Counted from the first letter of the stretch, positions 1 through 14,423 are shown. The stretch is 64,000 bases of DNA from Octopus sinensis (GCF_006345805.1 NC_042998.1:126852001-126916000); one strand, 5' to 3'. Numbers and translations are program-made. The notes: generated by a model from the sequence alone, not told the origin.

Positions 1-625
1 GTGGTCTTAAATATATTGTGGTTGAAAAAAAAAGACGGGATGGCTATGGCTTCAATGACTTTGATCAAGGTCTCCTTGAACAATGCAAACCTAGAACGAA
101 CAGCAGCAATAACAACAACAAAAGCAGCAACAGTAAAAACCAATACATTCACTTTCTAGCCATACATACACACGTGCACTGACATACGCTTAAGTGGATG
201 TGCAGAAGATACATACGCAGTAACCTACATAACAGAATGGATGTCTGTCGAAATTACAAAATAGCAGCAATAAAATAGTAATCTTTCCATAGAATTCCAA
301 CAAATCACTTTAACCATTTTAGAACCGTCTTATTTCCTTTAGAAAATGTCTTAAGAAATATAATAAAAGGAAGATAAATGATCAAAAGACTACAAGAAAA
401 TAGATGTTCTTGAGCTCTGCTGGGCTATGATTGAATTTTAGCATCCACTTTTCTTTGTTTCTTCCACTGAACTTTTCTCAATTTTCTCATTTTCTTTCTT
501 TTTTTTTCTTTCTTTCACTTATTCCCTCAATATTTTACTTTATTTTAGTTATACATTGTTTACTTTTTATTTCATTCCTTTCTTTCATTTCCTCCTTTCT
601 GAACCCTCTCTATACCCCATCTTTC

Positions 626-684
<59 letters not shown>

Positions 685-869
685 CTCTTTCTTTCTCTCT
701 TTCGTTTCTTTCTTTCGTTTCTTTCTTCCATTTTTTCATGCTTTATACAACTTCAGTGCTATCCACTCTCTCACAGACAACCACAGCGATCCCTCCCTCT
801 GTCTATCATCCCACTCTTTATTTTGTTGAAATCAAAGTCTTTAGTCTCTTGCTCTATGATTTATTGCAG

Positions 870-1038
870 AAAAGCACTGTGGAGAGCGCAATCAAGAGAT
901 ACAACAACCCCAATATTCGTTGGTCAACTCAAGGAATGTTGCGTTTGAGTACTGAGGAAATGCAACGTTTGTTTAAACCGACACTAACACGAATTAGTGA
1001 GGCGATTGGAAATATTCTCAACCATCCTGATGCCCGAG
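870..1038 (+). CDS. HSPA12A: HSPA12 (heat shock 70 kDa protein 12A/B-like) internal coding exon; upstream exons lie outside the window
   Basis: Acceptor ttattgcAG (868-869) after a pyrimidine tract; donor GTaggt at 1039. Translates KSTVESAIKRYNNPNIRWSTQGMLRLSTEEMQRLFKPTLTRISEAIGNILNHPDAR, matching the HSPA12 motif WSSQGMLRMS...LFKPT. Ends in phase 1. A versus B orthology cannot be resolved. Confidence 0.93.
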
Positions 1039-1288
1039 GTAGGTTATACACTTCAATGTTGCAGTTTATGTTGTATTATTTTAAGATTTTCCTATTAGTC
1101 AAGGATGTCAGGCGTTGGAAATTTTTCAAGCATCCAAACCTGCGACCTACTTTTTCTGCTTTTCAGCTGGGGCATTTCTCTTAATTGAATATCGTTAATG
1201 CCCATGAGAAAAGACATAAACGTGCTGCTTATTCTTTTCTCCATTCTCTTAATAGAGAAACAGTAAGTAGTCTTTAAGACGCGTTCAG

Positions 1289-1290
<2 letters not shown>

Positions 1291-1378
<88 letters not shown>

Positions 1379-1394
1379 CGACGACGACGACGAC

Positions 1395-1436
<42 letters not shown>

Positions 1437-1452
1437 AACAACAATAATAATA
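1291..1452. repeat. Compound (TAA)n(TGA)n(CGA)n(TGA)n microsatellite
   Basis: Direct reading. Confidence 0.95.
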
Positions 1453-1454
1453 AG

Positions 1455-2292
1455 CTCAGGGTTAAAAGCGGAGAGTGAATGTTTCATAGTAGCTTCTCAA
1501 GACCAAAGATTATTAACCCAAAACTTCCAAACCAATGTGATAAAAAATGGAGCTGACCCAAAATGCCGATTCTGTAACGATGAGATTGAAACTATAGACC
1601 ACCTAATCTCAGGGTGTAGAGTCTTAGCACCTGCAGAATATAAAGCAAGACATGACAGAGTCGGCCAGTATTTACACAGGACAATATTTCGGCATTATAA
1701 AATCAAAACCGCTGACAAATGGTATAAACACCATCCTGAAGCTGTGACTGAGGAAGAAAATGTGTCGACTCTATGGGACTTCCCCGTACATACCGACAAA
1801 ACTATAAAAGCTAATAAACCGGATATTATTATAAAAGATCAGACAAAAAGGATGTGTTTATTAATTGACATGAGTATTCCTTGCGATCACAAAAAAGCGG
1901 CGTAAGAATTTGACAAGACCAGTAAATATAAAGACTTGCTAATAGAAATTGAAAAAAATGTGGCATCTCAAGGCGTCTACAATACCAGTAATTGTAGGAG
2001 TTCTAGGAATGATAAAAAGAGGTACTGAAACTTATTTGAAAATGATACCAGGTTTACCATCCCAACAGGAAGTGCAAAAGATCGTGTTAACTGGAACGGC
2101 TCATGTACTGAGAAGAGAATTATCGCTGTGAAAACAACAACCCATTCATGAATTTATTTATTAATTTTTTAATACATATTTTACCTGTGAATTTGCGTGT
2201 GTAATCCAGGAATGCATGCAATGAGCTTCTCTGCCCTAGGTGTACGGAAAACACTCGGCGAGAAACGGAAGAAAATTTGAAGAAAGAAGGAA
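1455..2292 (+). mobile_element. 5'-truncated R4/Dong-type (RLE) non-LTR retrotransposon fragment
   Basis: SSGLKAESECFIVASQDQ, zinc knuckle CRFC...HLISGC, LWDF, KPDII...LLID (PD-D/ExK RLE), and KIVLTGTAHVLRR C-terminus, with one break near 1905. The 3' UTR runs into (TAA)n; the 5' junction sits in a (TAA)/(TGA)/(CGA) array. Confidence 0.9.
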
Positions 2293-2333
2293 ATAATAAT
2301 TATGATAATAATCATGATGATGAGGATGAAAAA

Positions 2334-2413
<80 letters not shown>

Positions 2414-2683
2414 AAAAAGGCATCGGAGGGGCGATTCATACCCTGCATGCAGTTGGGCTTTTTCGCAAATTATAGTGTGGCTTACGTACATATTGTGACA
2501 GTTACAGAATATAGAAAGACGTGTAAAACCGATAACTATATAATCGAACCAAAACATCTGTTACCCATGCTTTTTAATTGAACTGAATTAATCTTTTTTC
2601 CATATATATCACCGTTATAGTCATTTATACTCCGGTGGAATTAAGAAATCAAGTTGTAAATAAACGAAACTCTCGAATCCATC

Positions 2684-2723
<40 letters not shown>

Positions 2724-3068
2724 CACACACACACACACACACACACATATGTATGTATGTATGTATGTACGTACGCGTACATGTCTACGCGCATAGGTAT
2801 ACCATGATCGATACACACGCAGATGAGGCTCGATTAATACGAAAAAGAGAGTGAACAAAATAATATGACCACTTGCTTATCGGGAAATTTGTAAGTTCGA
2901 TATTTTTTTTAAGATAATCAAACCTAATGTTCATCATTTCGAGCCACTTACCCAATGAGAATTTCTGCCAAATGCAGTGAAAATCCGTTCAGCCACTTTC
3001 TAGTAATTTTGCAAACACACAGACAAAGACGAGTGATTACAATACCCTGCTTTCGCTTACGCGTGCAG

Positions 3069-3106
<38 letters not shown>

Positions 3107-3107
<1 letters not shown>

Positions 3108-3306
3108 CCTTTCTACTATGGGTACAAGGCCTGAGATTTTGGAGGAGGGAATAAGTCGATCACATCGACCCCAGTGTTTCACTGGTACTTAATTTATCGA
3201 CCCCGAAAGGATGAGAGGCAAAGTCGACCTCAGCGCAATTTGAACTCAGAACATACTGGCGGACGAAATGCCCGGTGTGCTAAAGATTCTGCTAGCTCGC
3301 CGCCTT
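3107..3306 (-). mobile_element. tRNA-derived SINE, family S1 (tail type A)
   Basis: GCGAGCTAGCAGAA head, GTTCAAATT B-box, GCCT.TCATCCTTTCGGGGTCGATAAA core, tail GTAGAAAGG(ATT)n. Confidence 0.85.
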
Positions 3307-3326
3307 AATAATAATGATAATAGTAA

Positions 3327-3490
3327 CTAGCTGAGCCCGTGAAAATTTCACGGAAATTATTAAAAAAATGTAAGCATCGGTAAATTGTGTGCTGGTGCCG
3401 TGAGAAATGTTTCTATATTGTGACAGTTACAGAATATAGAAAGTCGTGTAAAACCGATAACTATATAGTCGAACCAAAATATCTCAGTTA
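3327..3490 (-). mobile_element. Probable Helitron 3' terminus
   Basis: Minus strand ends CTAG|T (3330-3326), with a CCGTGAA-AAT-TTCACGG hairpin (3337-3353) 6 nt inside. About 75 bp of the body (3413-3485) recurs at 2490-2560. Confidence 0.5.
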
Positions 3491-3796
3491 CGCAAACGTA
3501 AAAAGAATTACTATTTAGCCTTAAAACACATCGTACATATTCAAAGAACCTTCTTGGTTTAGTGGTACAGAACGTTCTTCTGTTATTCTTTTATTCTTTC
3601 ATTTGTTTCAGTCATTTTAAGGTGGGTATGTTGGAGCATCGCCCTTTAGTCGAAGAGATCAACTCCTAGACTTATTCTCTGTAAGCCTGGTGCTTATTCT
3701 ATCAGTTTCTTCTGCCGAACAGCTAACTTACGGGGATGCAAACACACTAACATAGGTTTTGAAACAATGGTGGTAGGGGACAATATATATATAAAG

Positions 3797-4641
3797 AAAA
3801 ATGGAACAAGAACGTAACAGGTGACAAAAAACACCCGGACGGTTAGACGATACAAAAAAGGACAGGAAAAAACAAAGGACGGGTCATTCGGAGCTTCCTA
3901 TCCTCAGTCGAGTATCAGATTATCTTAGCAATTTCGGTCGGTTACACTCGAGTCTGCTGTAATCTGGCCGACCCCAAGAAAATCTAAGCTAAAACCACTA
4001 GATTTCTTGGAAGAAAGCAAGCGAATGTATACGAAAACAAAGACGTAAAAGACGGAGAATTGGTACATAATTCGACTAAAGACGAATTAAATTAAGCTGG
4101 CGTGTGTGGAAGTGAAGCCTTATGGCAGGGACATAAAAGATGAAAGTCATGGGAAGGGATGTAAGAGATGTTACACGGATACTAGTCCAACCAAGAAAGA
4201 AGGGTCAGACTTGGTGGAACACCGGTCACGTGGAAGGCGAGGAGAGAGATAGAGGCAGAGTGATTGAAGAATTAGTGTAGGACGAAAAGGAAAGAAAAAG
4301 AAAGGAAAGGGACAGAGTGGGGTAAAAGAGAAGAGAAAGTGAAGATGAAGGGAAGGCCAAGAGATGTGAGAGAGAGAGGAAGCGAGAAAAGAAGAGTCGA
4401 AAGAACGAAGAAAGTGTGAAGGGGACTAATAGAAAGAGTAAGAGTATCGTACAGAATTTATATATATATATATATGTATATATATTTACATACAAGACAC
4501 CAAAAGTGTACGTACGCCGCTATAAGTATACATATAAACAAAGAAAACAAAAAATGGAACAAGAACGTAACAGGCGACAACAAAATATCCAGACAGACAA
4601 TACAAAAAATGACAGGAAAAAACAAGGACCGGTCATTCGGA
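3797..4641 (-). mobile_element. Non-coding repeat family P1 (repeated about 95-bp ends at 3797-3893 and 4550-4641; third copy 43086-43330)
   Basis: Shared GGAACAAGAACG...GATACAAAAAA...GGTCATTCG and CCCCAAG.AAA.CTAAGCT...TAGATTTCTTGG...CGAATGTATACG blocks; copies start at (TA)n. Confidence 0.6.
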
Positions 4642-7515
4642 ACTATATGTATGACGGGCTTCTTTCAGTTTCCATCTACCAAATTCACTCACGAGGCTGT
4701 TGTCAGCCCGAGGCTATAGTAGAAGACACTCTTTAAAGTATTGAGTTGAATTTTGTGTAGCCACCTGTTGGCAACTTTTCTCCCCCCAACTATTTTGAAG
4801 AGGCTGTTTCCCATTTTCCTGGGCTCTTTTCATAGCTATACCCCCTTTCGAAATTTGTATTAGTTTTTGTATGAAAAAAAGGAAAGGAGGGGTGCTTGTT
4901 TGTAGTTTGTAGATAAAACGTTAAACGTGCCTGAAAAAAGGACATGGTCTTTACTCACCAATTAAAAGATATGAAGAACTATGAAAGAAGTACCGAGGTG
5001 GGGGAAAGAAGAAAGAACTAACAGTCGATCGTTCTAGAACTCCCAGAATAAAAACGTAAGCATCTGAAAGACTTACCCTCTGTTCATTACTAAATGTCTT
5101 TCCCTCTTCTTCATTGTTAAAAAGTAAAGAAGCTAGAAAAGATCGATCGTATTTCAGTCTAATTGTCATTGTAGATGACTGAGGCTTTCCTTTCTCTTTC
5201 TCTATTGTTTTACTCCTTTTCTCTACGGTTAAGAGAGTGAAGTCGCTTGATTCAGTGTTTAGCGGTATTCGACCCACGATCGTAAAGTCATGAGTACGAT
5301 TCCCTGCGACACGCTGTATTTTTGACAAGGTACTCTACTTCACCTTGCTTCAGTCAGGGCCAGCCTCGTCACATTCTGTGTGAGTCTAAATCTCCCTGAG
5401 AACTACCTTATGGTTTTGTATGTCGGTGGAGTACTCAGCCACTTGCACGTTAATTTTACCTCTCTCTCACTCACACTCTCTCTTTCTCTCCACCTTTATC
5501 TCTTACTTCCTCTCTGTTCTCTCTCGCTTTGCCAATCACTTCTTCGAAGTGTGACACACACGACAGGTACATACAAAAAGAACAAATTGGTATAATAATG
5601 ATAATAATAAAAAAAAAACAGTTTCAAATTTTGGCCCAAGCCCAGGAATTTTGGGAAGGGATATGTCGATTACATTGACCCCTATGCAGGGTTTTGCTGC
5701 AGCTTTAAGTTAAATTATTGGTTGTTCTTCGAAATCTAATTCAATGTTGTATAGGTAAAGATAAGTGATTTTTTTTCTCTGAATCAATAAGGGGATTATT
5801 TTGGTTTATTATAACGACAAATGATTTCAGAACATTAGAACGTCTATCCAATTACACGAGGATAAAAAAATGAAACGTTCATGGAAAGAATTTGACAGCT
5901 AGTGATATTGAGATTGACATTAGCTCTTGGCTTGTCTTTGCGGCAAGGTACAGCCAACAAAGAACGTGTGCACGCAGAAATAATTTACTTCTTCAAATTA
6001 GTTCACCAGATATAAGTGAATATTTTGCTGCAAAGGACAACTGTCTGAAACGTCTAATGTCAATTCACTGTAATTTGTTTACATTTACAGACTGTAATGT
6101 ATTTAGTGCTGTCGGTATAGAGCTGCAATTCTTTGTTTCGAGCCAGAGGTTTACCTTATTTTTGAAAATACATAACGGTTTCAAAAAAAAAAAAAAAAAA
6201 AAACCTCTCATACATGCCATCAGACCATATATATCAGCTTAATTTTAGTCTACAGAAGGTTTTCCTTTCCAACCATACAAAACAAAACAAAACAAAAAAA
6301 AATTCAATGCAGTCGATAATAGTTTATCCGAAATTTCTGGGACGGATAGTGTTTCGGATTTCGGAAAGATTGTATAAATTACATCAATGAAATGGAGTAC
6401 TTTCAGCATGAGATCTAAGTTTAAACAACATTGTTCATTTGCATTTCATAATAGAGCATATACATAAACTATGAAATTAGCTTTATGCAAATTTGGCACT
6501 AGTTCAGTTTAACAGCTTAACTTCGGGAATGTCATACTATTTCTCTAAAACAAAATTCACCTTTTATACTTATAGTTCAGGTTGCCACCTACATAAAGCT
6601 GATACACGTCACTTTCATTTTTCACGCTTTCGTTTTATGTTCACACTACAATAATTCATCTCAATATTTTTTCTGACCGACTGTTGTGACAGTAGGAAAC
6701 TCCAAGCAGTAGCGGAGTGCTTTACCAGCTTTCTTTTTGTAGATATGAAAGATTTTACCATGCATATCGGTTGTAACTGAAACTGTGTGTGTGTGTGCGT
6801 GTATAATTATGTATGTATGCATATATGTATGTCATTATTTAGTTTTATTTCAAGATTTCTGGCCTATAGAGAAAGAGCCGATTTCTAACCTAGATCCAAG
6901 GCTCCTTCATTGGAATTTCAACATCAAAAACAGGGTATGTATGTATGTAGGTATATATGTATACGTGCAGATTTGTTTGTTTTGTTTAATGTATGTCTTC
7001 TCATGCATATATTCGCATACCTAGACATGCTCATATATACTTAAATGATAAACTTCTGGAAAGTTTTACAGATTTTTACAGTTCCAGTAATGGATTGGAT
7101 CTGTAGTCTTCGAATCAGCTTTCTCCTTTCTGCTTTTGAGAAAACTAATTTCTCAAGATTGGTATTTAGGCAGTGTGTTACATATCCCAGTGCCCCCGTA
7201 ATTACACGTATGAAATACAGGTATGTAATTGCAAGCGAAGAGAAAAAAATGGGAGATACAGAAAAAAATGTGTAAAATAATATCGGAAAATAAAGGTAGC
7301 GAATAGCTGCGAAAAATAAAGATGTGGCAGTTTACTTACGAACCGTATTGGAATTGAGTAGGATGATAGAGCTTTCCGTTTAGTTTCCTTTTTGTCTTGC
7401 GAGAACACACAGCATCAGCATTAACTCCACCATCACCGCCGCATCCGAATCACCATCATCACCACCACCACCACCACCACTTTTTACTACTACAACAGCA
7501 ACAACAACAACGACA

Positions 7516-7567
<52 letters not shown>

Positions 7568-7975
7568 GTCAAGCGAACATTCAAAAGTAATCTGGAGCGC
7601 AGACTCTTGTGTGATTAATTGAACATACAACGTGTGTGTGTGTGTGTGTGTGTGTGTGGAGCGTAAAAATGATGGAAAAGAAGTGACAGAAAAAAAAATC
7701 AAGAAAGAATGGATAAGATTCACAGTTTATTAATATTTTTTGCTAGAGGCTGTGCTCCATTTTGGGAGACGTGGTTAATAGATGGACTCATGTGAAATGT
7801 AGTGGTGACAGCAAATAATAGCAAGCGAAGAGAACATGAAAGCCGTCAAACAAATCGATTTATAATGAACTTCTACATACATACTCATACGGGCACACAA
7901 AGACACATACACACATACACGTATACACGCGTACCTACTCAGACATTCGAATATATTCTGAAACGTATACACATA

Positions 7976-8193
7976 CGAGGGGGTGTGCTGAAAAGTTCTT
8001 GGTTCTGGTTAAAGGAAAGTACAGGAGGATTAGTTGATTATGATTTATTCAACATATTCCCCTCTGAAATTTACGCCCTTATTGCAGCAGTCCTTTAGAT
8101 TTTCTAATCCCTGTAAAAGAACTCAGAAGGTTAGGCCTTCAATCAGGCCTTTCACGACACCCTTAAATCCAGGAACTTTACAGCATCCACTCG
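7976..8193. mobile_element. Mariner-derived MITE
   Basis: TA|CGAGGGGGTGTGCTGAAAAGTTC ... GAACTTTACAGCATCCACTCG|TA: imperfect TIRs, TA duplication, 218 bp, no ORF. Confidence 0.8.
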
Positions 8194-8261
8194 TATGTGC
8201 GTGCGTTGGAGAAGTTAAGTCAAGTTAATTTTTTGGCTCAAAAGCAAAAAGCAAGGCCATG

Positions 8262-8575
8262 TACTTTGAACCGAGCGGTCGTGGGCATCTTCACTATCTC
8301 GTCCGGCAGCTTATTCCATGGATCCGCAACCCGGACGGAGAAAGCCCCTCTCCTTCGATTGAGATGAATTCGTCGCAGATAGAGCTTTTCAGAGTGACCC
8401 CGCAGCCGACGCTCTGGAGCAGGAGTGAAGAACAGCTCTTTCGAGAGGTTACACTTTCCGCTTATGATGTTGTGAGCGAGAATGAGATCACCACGGCGTC
8501 GTCGTTTTTCTAGAGAATAAAGGTCGAGCGTCTTCAGCCTTTCTTCATAAGACAAATGCTTGAGACCAAGAATAT
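8262..8575 (-). mobile_element. CR1-type LINE 3' ORF2 fragment
   Basis: GLKHLSYEERLKTLDLYSLEKRRRRGDLI...RGHSEKL...FSVRVADPWNKLP...FK, a typical CR1 C-terminus. Confidence 0.88.
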
Positions 8576-9475
8576 TTGTGTGTGTATGTGTGTGTGTGTT
8601 ATATTTATAAATATGTGTACGTGTGTTTACTTGTGTGTGACTGCCCGCGTATGTATATGACTGTATGTGTCTGCGTGCGGTATCTATGCATATATGAACA
8701 ATAACAGTATATCTTATTTGGAACAAGCGACTAATTCGATAAGAATGCTCTACAATTAAGTTTGCCGGAACTATGACCAATAACAAAGTGAATAAAATAA
8801 ACTGTAAGAATAGATTTCGAATATTTCATAGAAGGGAAATATGGATATATATTCTCCTGATATTAACTTTCGGCGACATCAGGATGTTTTGAGAAGTGTT
8901 TTTCCCCAGCCAGTGTTAATAGAAAGATGGTTTCATTCTGCTACACAACAAATAGAAGTCGGTTACGAGTGATTAATATTCAAGCCGACCTACAGCAAAC
9001 TAAGACAGCGATGAAAAGGCTGTAATGTAGAATCAAAAGTTTATATATTAGCCAGGTAGAGAGAATAATTCTAGTGTTCCACCGGGAAATGTATTAATTT
9101 TAGTACACTAAAAATATCCGGGAGCTATTTAACTTAGCACTAGACAAACACGGTCGATGTATAACGCATCTTAATTTGACTTAACGAGACATTCGTATCC
9201 CGAGTATGCTCTACAGATTATAAATCTAACGGGCTTTGAGAACAATGTTTCGGAGAATGAAGTAAAAGGAAAAGGTGGAGATTAGAGTATAGCAAAGATA
9301 ATAGTATTAGGCGTGGCTGTGTGGTAAGAAGTCTCTTTTTCTTCCTTTTGGTTGGGACTTGATTTTTCTCTCTAATTGTTTGAATTTTGTGAACTGTTTT
9401 TGAACTGTTTAATTTATCATGGCAAAGAACAAAGAAAAAATTGTGGAGTAGGAGATAGTGCCACCCAAGCAATGG

Positions 9476-10666
9476 ATGGAAGAGTTTGAAAAGAAGACGG
9501 TGGTATTGAGGACTTACTCCAAGTCCTTCGACACCATCGCCGTCTTCGAGAAAAATTTGATAGGAAGAGTTGGCGGAATATATGTCAACTATTAAGTAAC
9601 ATCTCTAGGGGGTCAAATACGCAACCGTGTGGTTGCTATTTGACACCCTCGAAGAGGCTCGCAAATTCGTGAGCCAGCTCGTGGAGGGCAGAGAAATTTT
9701 GTTTCTTCCCACTTATTGTAGGAAGAAGTTGACGAGGGCTTGGGTCTGCGGTTTGCCACTCGGAACTGAACCTGAGTGGATAGAGGATATTATCCACCTG
9801 GGTCTGGGTGGCAGCAGTACCAAGCTCCTCAACGTAAATATCTTGTATGCGGCTGATTGGGAGGGGTCAAAAGCCGTTTCGACCCTATGGACCTAATCAG
9901 CCGAAAATCTGTTCTCCAAGATTTTTAAGAATGGCCGGGTCCATGTATTCGGTGATGCTTGAGGGACGCTCTCCCGAGCGTCACCTGTGCCTGGAACCGG
10001 GCCATATAAAAAAGAACTGCCATCAGGACCAAAATAATAACGGCCTGGAGCAGTTAATAAAGATACCGCTCCCTGCTCTCTCATTGGAGGAAGAGAAGGA
10101 GGAAGTCGAGGAGGTTTCCAACTCCTCGGAAAAGGCAAAAATAGAAGGGTGGGCAACAATGGTTGCTCACCTAAGGATCCGAAGGCTGCGGGAGGGAGGG
10201 AGGATCTACTGGACAAAGCGGTAGAACCCCATCCTCCCGTGGCTCATGGGAAAAAAAAGAAAAAAAAGAAAAACGGGACATTGCCGGCAGTTTGTGACAC
10301 ACTGCTGGCACGTCCCGAAGTACCTTCGGTGGGAGTTGTGTCATTGAAGATGGAAACTGTAGACCCGTCCCTTGCTGTGGAGGAGGAATTTTGGTCCTCT
10401 TCCATAAGGGAGGGAATTAGAAAGCTTCATTAAGAAGTTTAAAAAGAAAGGCCGAAGGGAGGGGATTCTGTCCTGCACGGAGGGCCCTAATTGGCCTTCG
10501 CAGGTGGCTGCAGAAGTCGTATGGGAAACCGACCTGTGCAGGATAATGAACTACTTCCAGAGGATACCTTTAGATTTGTGTTAAAACGGCTCGACTTGTC
10601 ACTGTCCAAGTGTTTGCCTAGGGCGAGGAGCCTGGTCGTGCAGGAAAGCAAGTAACTGATAATAAA
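9476..10666 (+). mobile_element. Decayed L1/Tx1-like ORF1 (gag-like) sequence
   Basis: Broken frames MEEFEKKTVVLRTYS..., AWVCGLPLGTEPEWIEDII; degenerate CCHC knuckle RHLCLEPGHIKKNC (9979-10020); Lys/Glu-rich tail; GC-elevated versus flanks; AATAAA at 10661. Confidence 0.55.
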
Positions 10667-10904
10667 AGTAAGAGGTTTATTGTCTCATAAATGTTTTTTT
10701 AACTGTGTAAGAGGTTTATTGCCTCGAGTATGAAACTTAAAAAGGACAATGTTTTCGGGTAAACAGCAATCGGCGGGTGTTGCTTGTTGCCCTCATTTTC
10801 ACCAATTCATTTGTCATTCATATCATTATGTGTGTGTCCAGCCCGTAGCCTCCTTTCTATGTAAGGCCTTTATGGCCAATGTAATGAATAAAAGAAGTTT
10901 GCTT

Positions 10905-11268
10905 TCCATTCACCTTGTTCTGAGTTCAGTCCCACTACATGGCAGCTTACACAACTGTCATCTGCTATAGTCTTAGGCCGACCAATGCCTTGTGAAGGGA
11001 TTTGATAAACGGAAACTAAAAAAAAACCCGCCATAGACACACCTCCACACACACACATATATATGGTGTGTGTGTGTTTGTGTTTGTCTTTCCCCACTGT
11101 ATGACAACCGGTGTTGGTGTGTTTACGCCACCGTAACTTAACGGTTCGGCAAAAGAGTTTGAGCTTATAAGCAGTAGACTTTAAGAAATTAAATTAGTAC
11201 TGAGGTCGATTCATTCATGCTGTGGTCCAGCATGGGCGCAATCCAATGACTGGAACAAGTAAAAGAAT
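10905..11268 (+). mobile_element. tRNA-derived SINE family S2 (diverged)
   Basis: GTTCAGTCCCACT B-box region, GGCCGACCAA.GCCTTGTGA, internal (TG)n, GACAACCG.TG.TGGTGTGTTTACG, tail GACTGGAACAAGTAAAAGA. Confidence 0.8.
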
Positions 11269-12068
11269 ACGATTCGTAAGCAGCATTTGAGGTTTGAGTC
11301 TTACGCACGCTATCTTGAGTAAGTGTTTGTTTACCTTAACCTTGGCAAGGTCCAAGCATTATGAATGAAATTCCGTTGTTTGAAAGTATTTAGAAGCCCG
11401 TCGGAACGATTGCACCTGTAAATCAAAGTCGAGTCATTTTACAAAGTATCGTGCCACACCGACTCTTCCCGATAACTACGTTTAGGTAGGCGTGATTGTG
11501 GAGAATTCAACTATATACAAATTCAATGAGAAGATATAGATCGCACAACTGAACTCTAAGTTTTCTAACGGTTAGGGTGCTTCCTTATGGTCATAAGGAG
11601 GTGGATTCAATTCCGGGACGCGCGACGCTATATGCCCTTGAGATAGTTCATTTTGCATTGCTTCAGTTGGCTCCGCTGAAATTGGGTACCAGTCAAATGC
11701 TGTTGCAGCTCCCCCTTTCCAACAATAACATCCTCGACTTTCGTTGGGTTAACGATCAGAGGATAGTTCGAGTTTATATCCGTGCATATATAGACATCTA
11801 AAACAATTAACGAAAGTATGCTACCGGCTACTAAGTCACATTTATAAGCTTTATACCATGCTTTCTATAAAAACCGTACTCAGCTGGTTATGGTCTGTAC
11901 AATACAAAAATGTAACGACATGTCTTTTTTTCTATCTCCGACGAGATTCAACTTAATAAGGATTTAATTATTTTAATTAATTTCTAAAGTTTGAATCGAA
12001 ACAGCTGTCAGAGATTATGTCTAGTTTTGTAATTAACAAATAATTATTAATTGATTTATCTCTATTTT

Positions 12069-12111
<43 letters not shown>

Positions 12112-12342
12112 TTACACACTCACACACACGTACAAACAGATTTATGCGCTAATAATTAGAATGGAATCTACGTGACTAATAGAAGAAAAAAGAGAAACGG
12201 AATTATTTTATATCTAGAGTGCGTACTTATGATTTTGTGCCTACGATCTGGAAGATGTCTAGGTGTTCTTATAACACATCATATGTCCAGGGGGAGAGCT
12301 TTTTTTCATATTTTGTCCCCTTTTATCACTTACTTTCTCTCT

Positions 12343-12450
<108 letters not shown>

Positions 12451-12840
12451 ATATCTATTATCTCGTACTTCCAATTTTATCTCTGTGAAAAACTTATGAC
12501 TGAAGAATCTTTTGATCATTGAGTTTCTGTTGTGTCACAATTAATTACATTTTATCATTGACTTCAGATATTCCTATTTCTTATCTTTAAGCTAAAGATA
12601 TACCCTTTCATACTTCATTATACATACATAATACATACATACATACGTAGATAGATTTATAAGAGTGAATGAGAGTGAAAGAGGGATATACATGTATATC
12701 TATATATGTGTGTGTCTGTATATTTATGTATCTTTATGCACATACCTATGAACAAATATATACGCATATATATATATTTATTTGTATATATATATATATA
12801 TTTATCTATACATGTATATATATATATTTATCTATATATG

Positions 12841-12871
<31 letters not shown>

Positions 12872-12893
12872 TTGTATATATTTGTATATATAT

Positions 12894-13617
<724 letters not shown>

Positions 13618-13619
13618 AA

Positions 13620-13700
<81 letters not shown>

Positions 13701-13989
13701 CTATGTCTGTCTGTCTTCTGTCGTAAGAATGACATTAGCCTGCATCCAGTGATGTGGCTTCGGTTCGCGATTTCTGGTGTTGTGGAAAGGGTGGAGTCAT
13801 TCCTTAATTACCATTAATCTCAGATCCGTTCTGGCTCTGTCAGTGTCCTGTCTGTAGGTTAAACAGATTACACAGTGTTAGAGAAGGATCTCCGTATCTT
13901 TTGACAAAGCTGTGGGAAAGGCAGCTCTTAGAATAAGATATTCTGACATAAAACTTGCAATAAAAATAGTCCCATTATCTTGCAATGTT

Positions 13990-14139
13990 TATGTTCTAAT
14001 TTCAAACTCCGCCGAGGTCGATTTTACCTTTCATCCTTTCGGGGTCAATAAACTAAGTACAAGTTGCGTACTGGGGTCGATCTAATCGACTGGCCCCCTT
14101 CTCAAAAATTCCGGGCCTTGTGCCTAGAGTAGAAAAGAA
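13990..14139 (+). mobile_element. SINE S1, 5'-truncated (tail A)
   Basis: Core TTCATCCTTTCGGGGTC and tail GGCCTTGTGCCTAGAGTAGAAAAG. Confidence 0.8.
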
Positions 14140-14379
14140 TGTTTGTCACTGGAACCTAGTATGCCGACCGAGAGAGTACAAAAGTGTTGCATAAGCTTAT
14201 GTTACTTAAACCTAATGAAGAACTATCATTTTATTTCTTCACCCGTTTTGTATTTAATAAAGCGCTATAGCGATGGAAAAGTCATATCCACGCACATATA
14301 CACCACAACAATCAAATGGAATGTGAGAAGGCTATCATCTAACAAGATGAAGAAATCATCGCCATCATCATCTATATTC

Positions 14380-14423
<44 letters not shown>

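Noticed and set aside
431-948. Phe/Leu/Ser-rich ORFs
   Set aside because: (TTTC)n polypyrimidine tract in the intron upstream of the HSPA12 exon.
1342-1454. Poly-Met N-terminus of the 187-aa ORF
   Set aside because: (ATG)n microsatellite fortuitously in frame with the R4 fragment.
5630-5660. GGCCCAAGCCCAGG resembling twister L4
   Set aside because: Part of a reverse-oriented SINE tail; no other twister elements.
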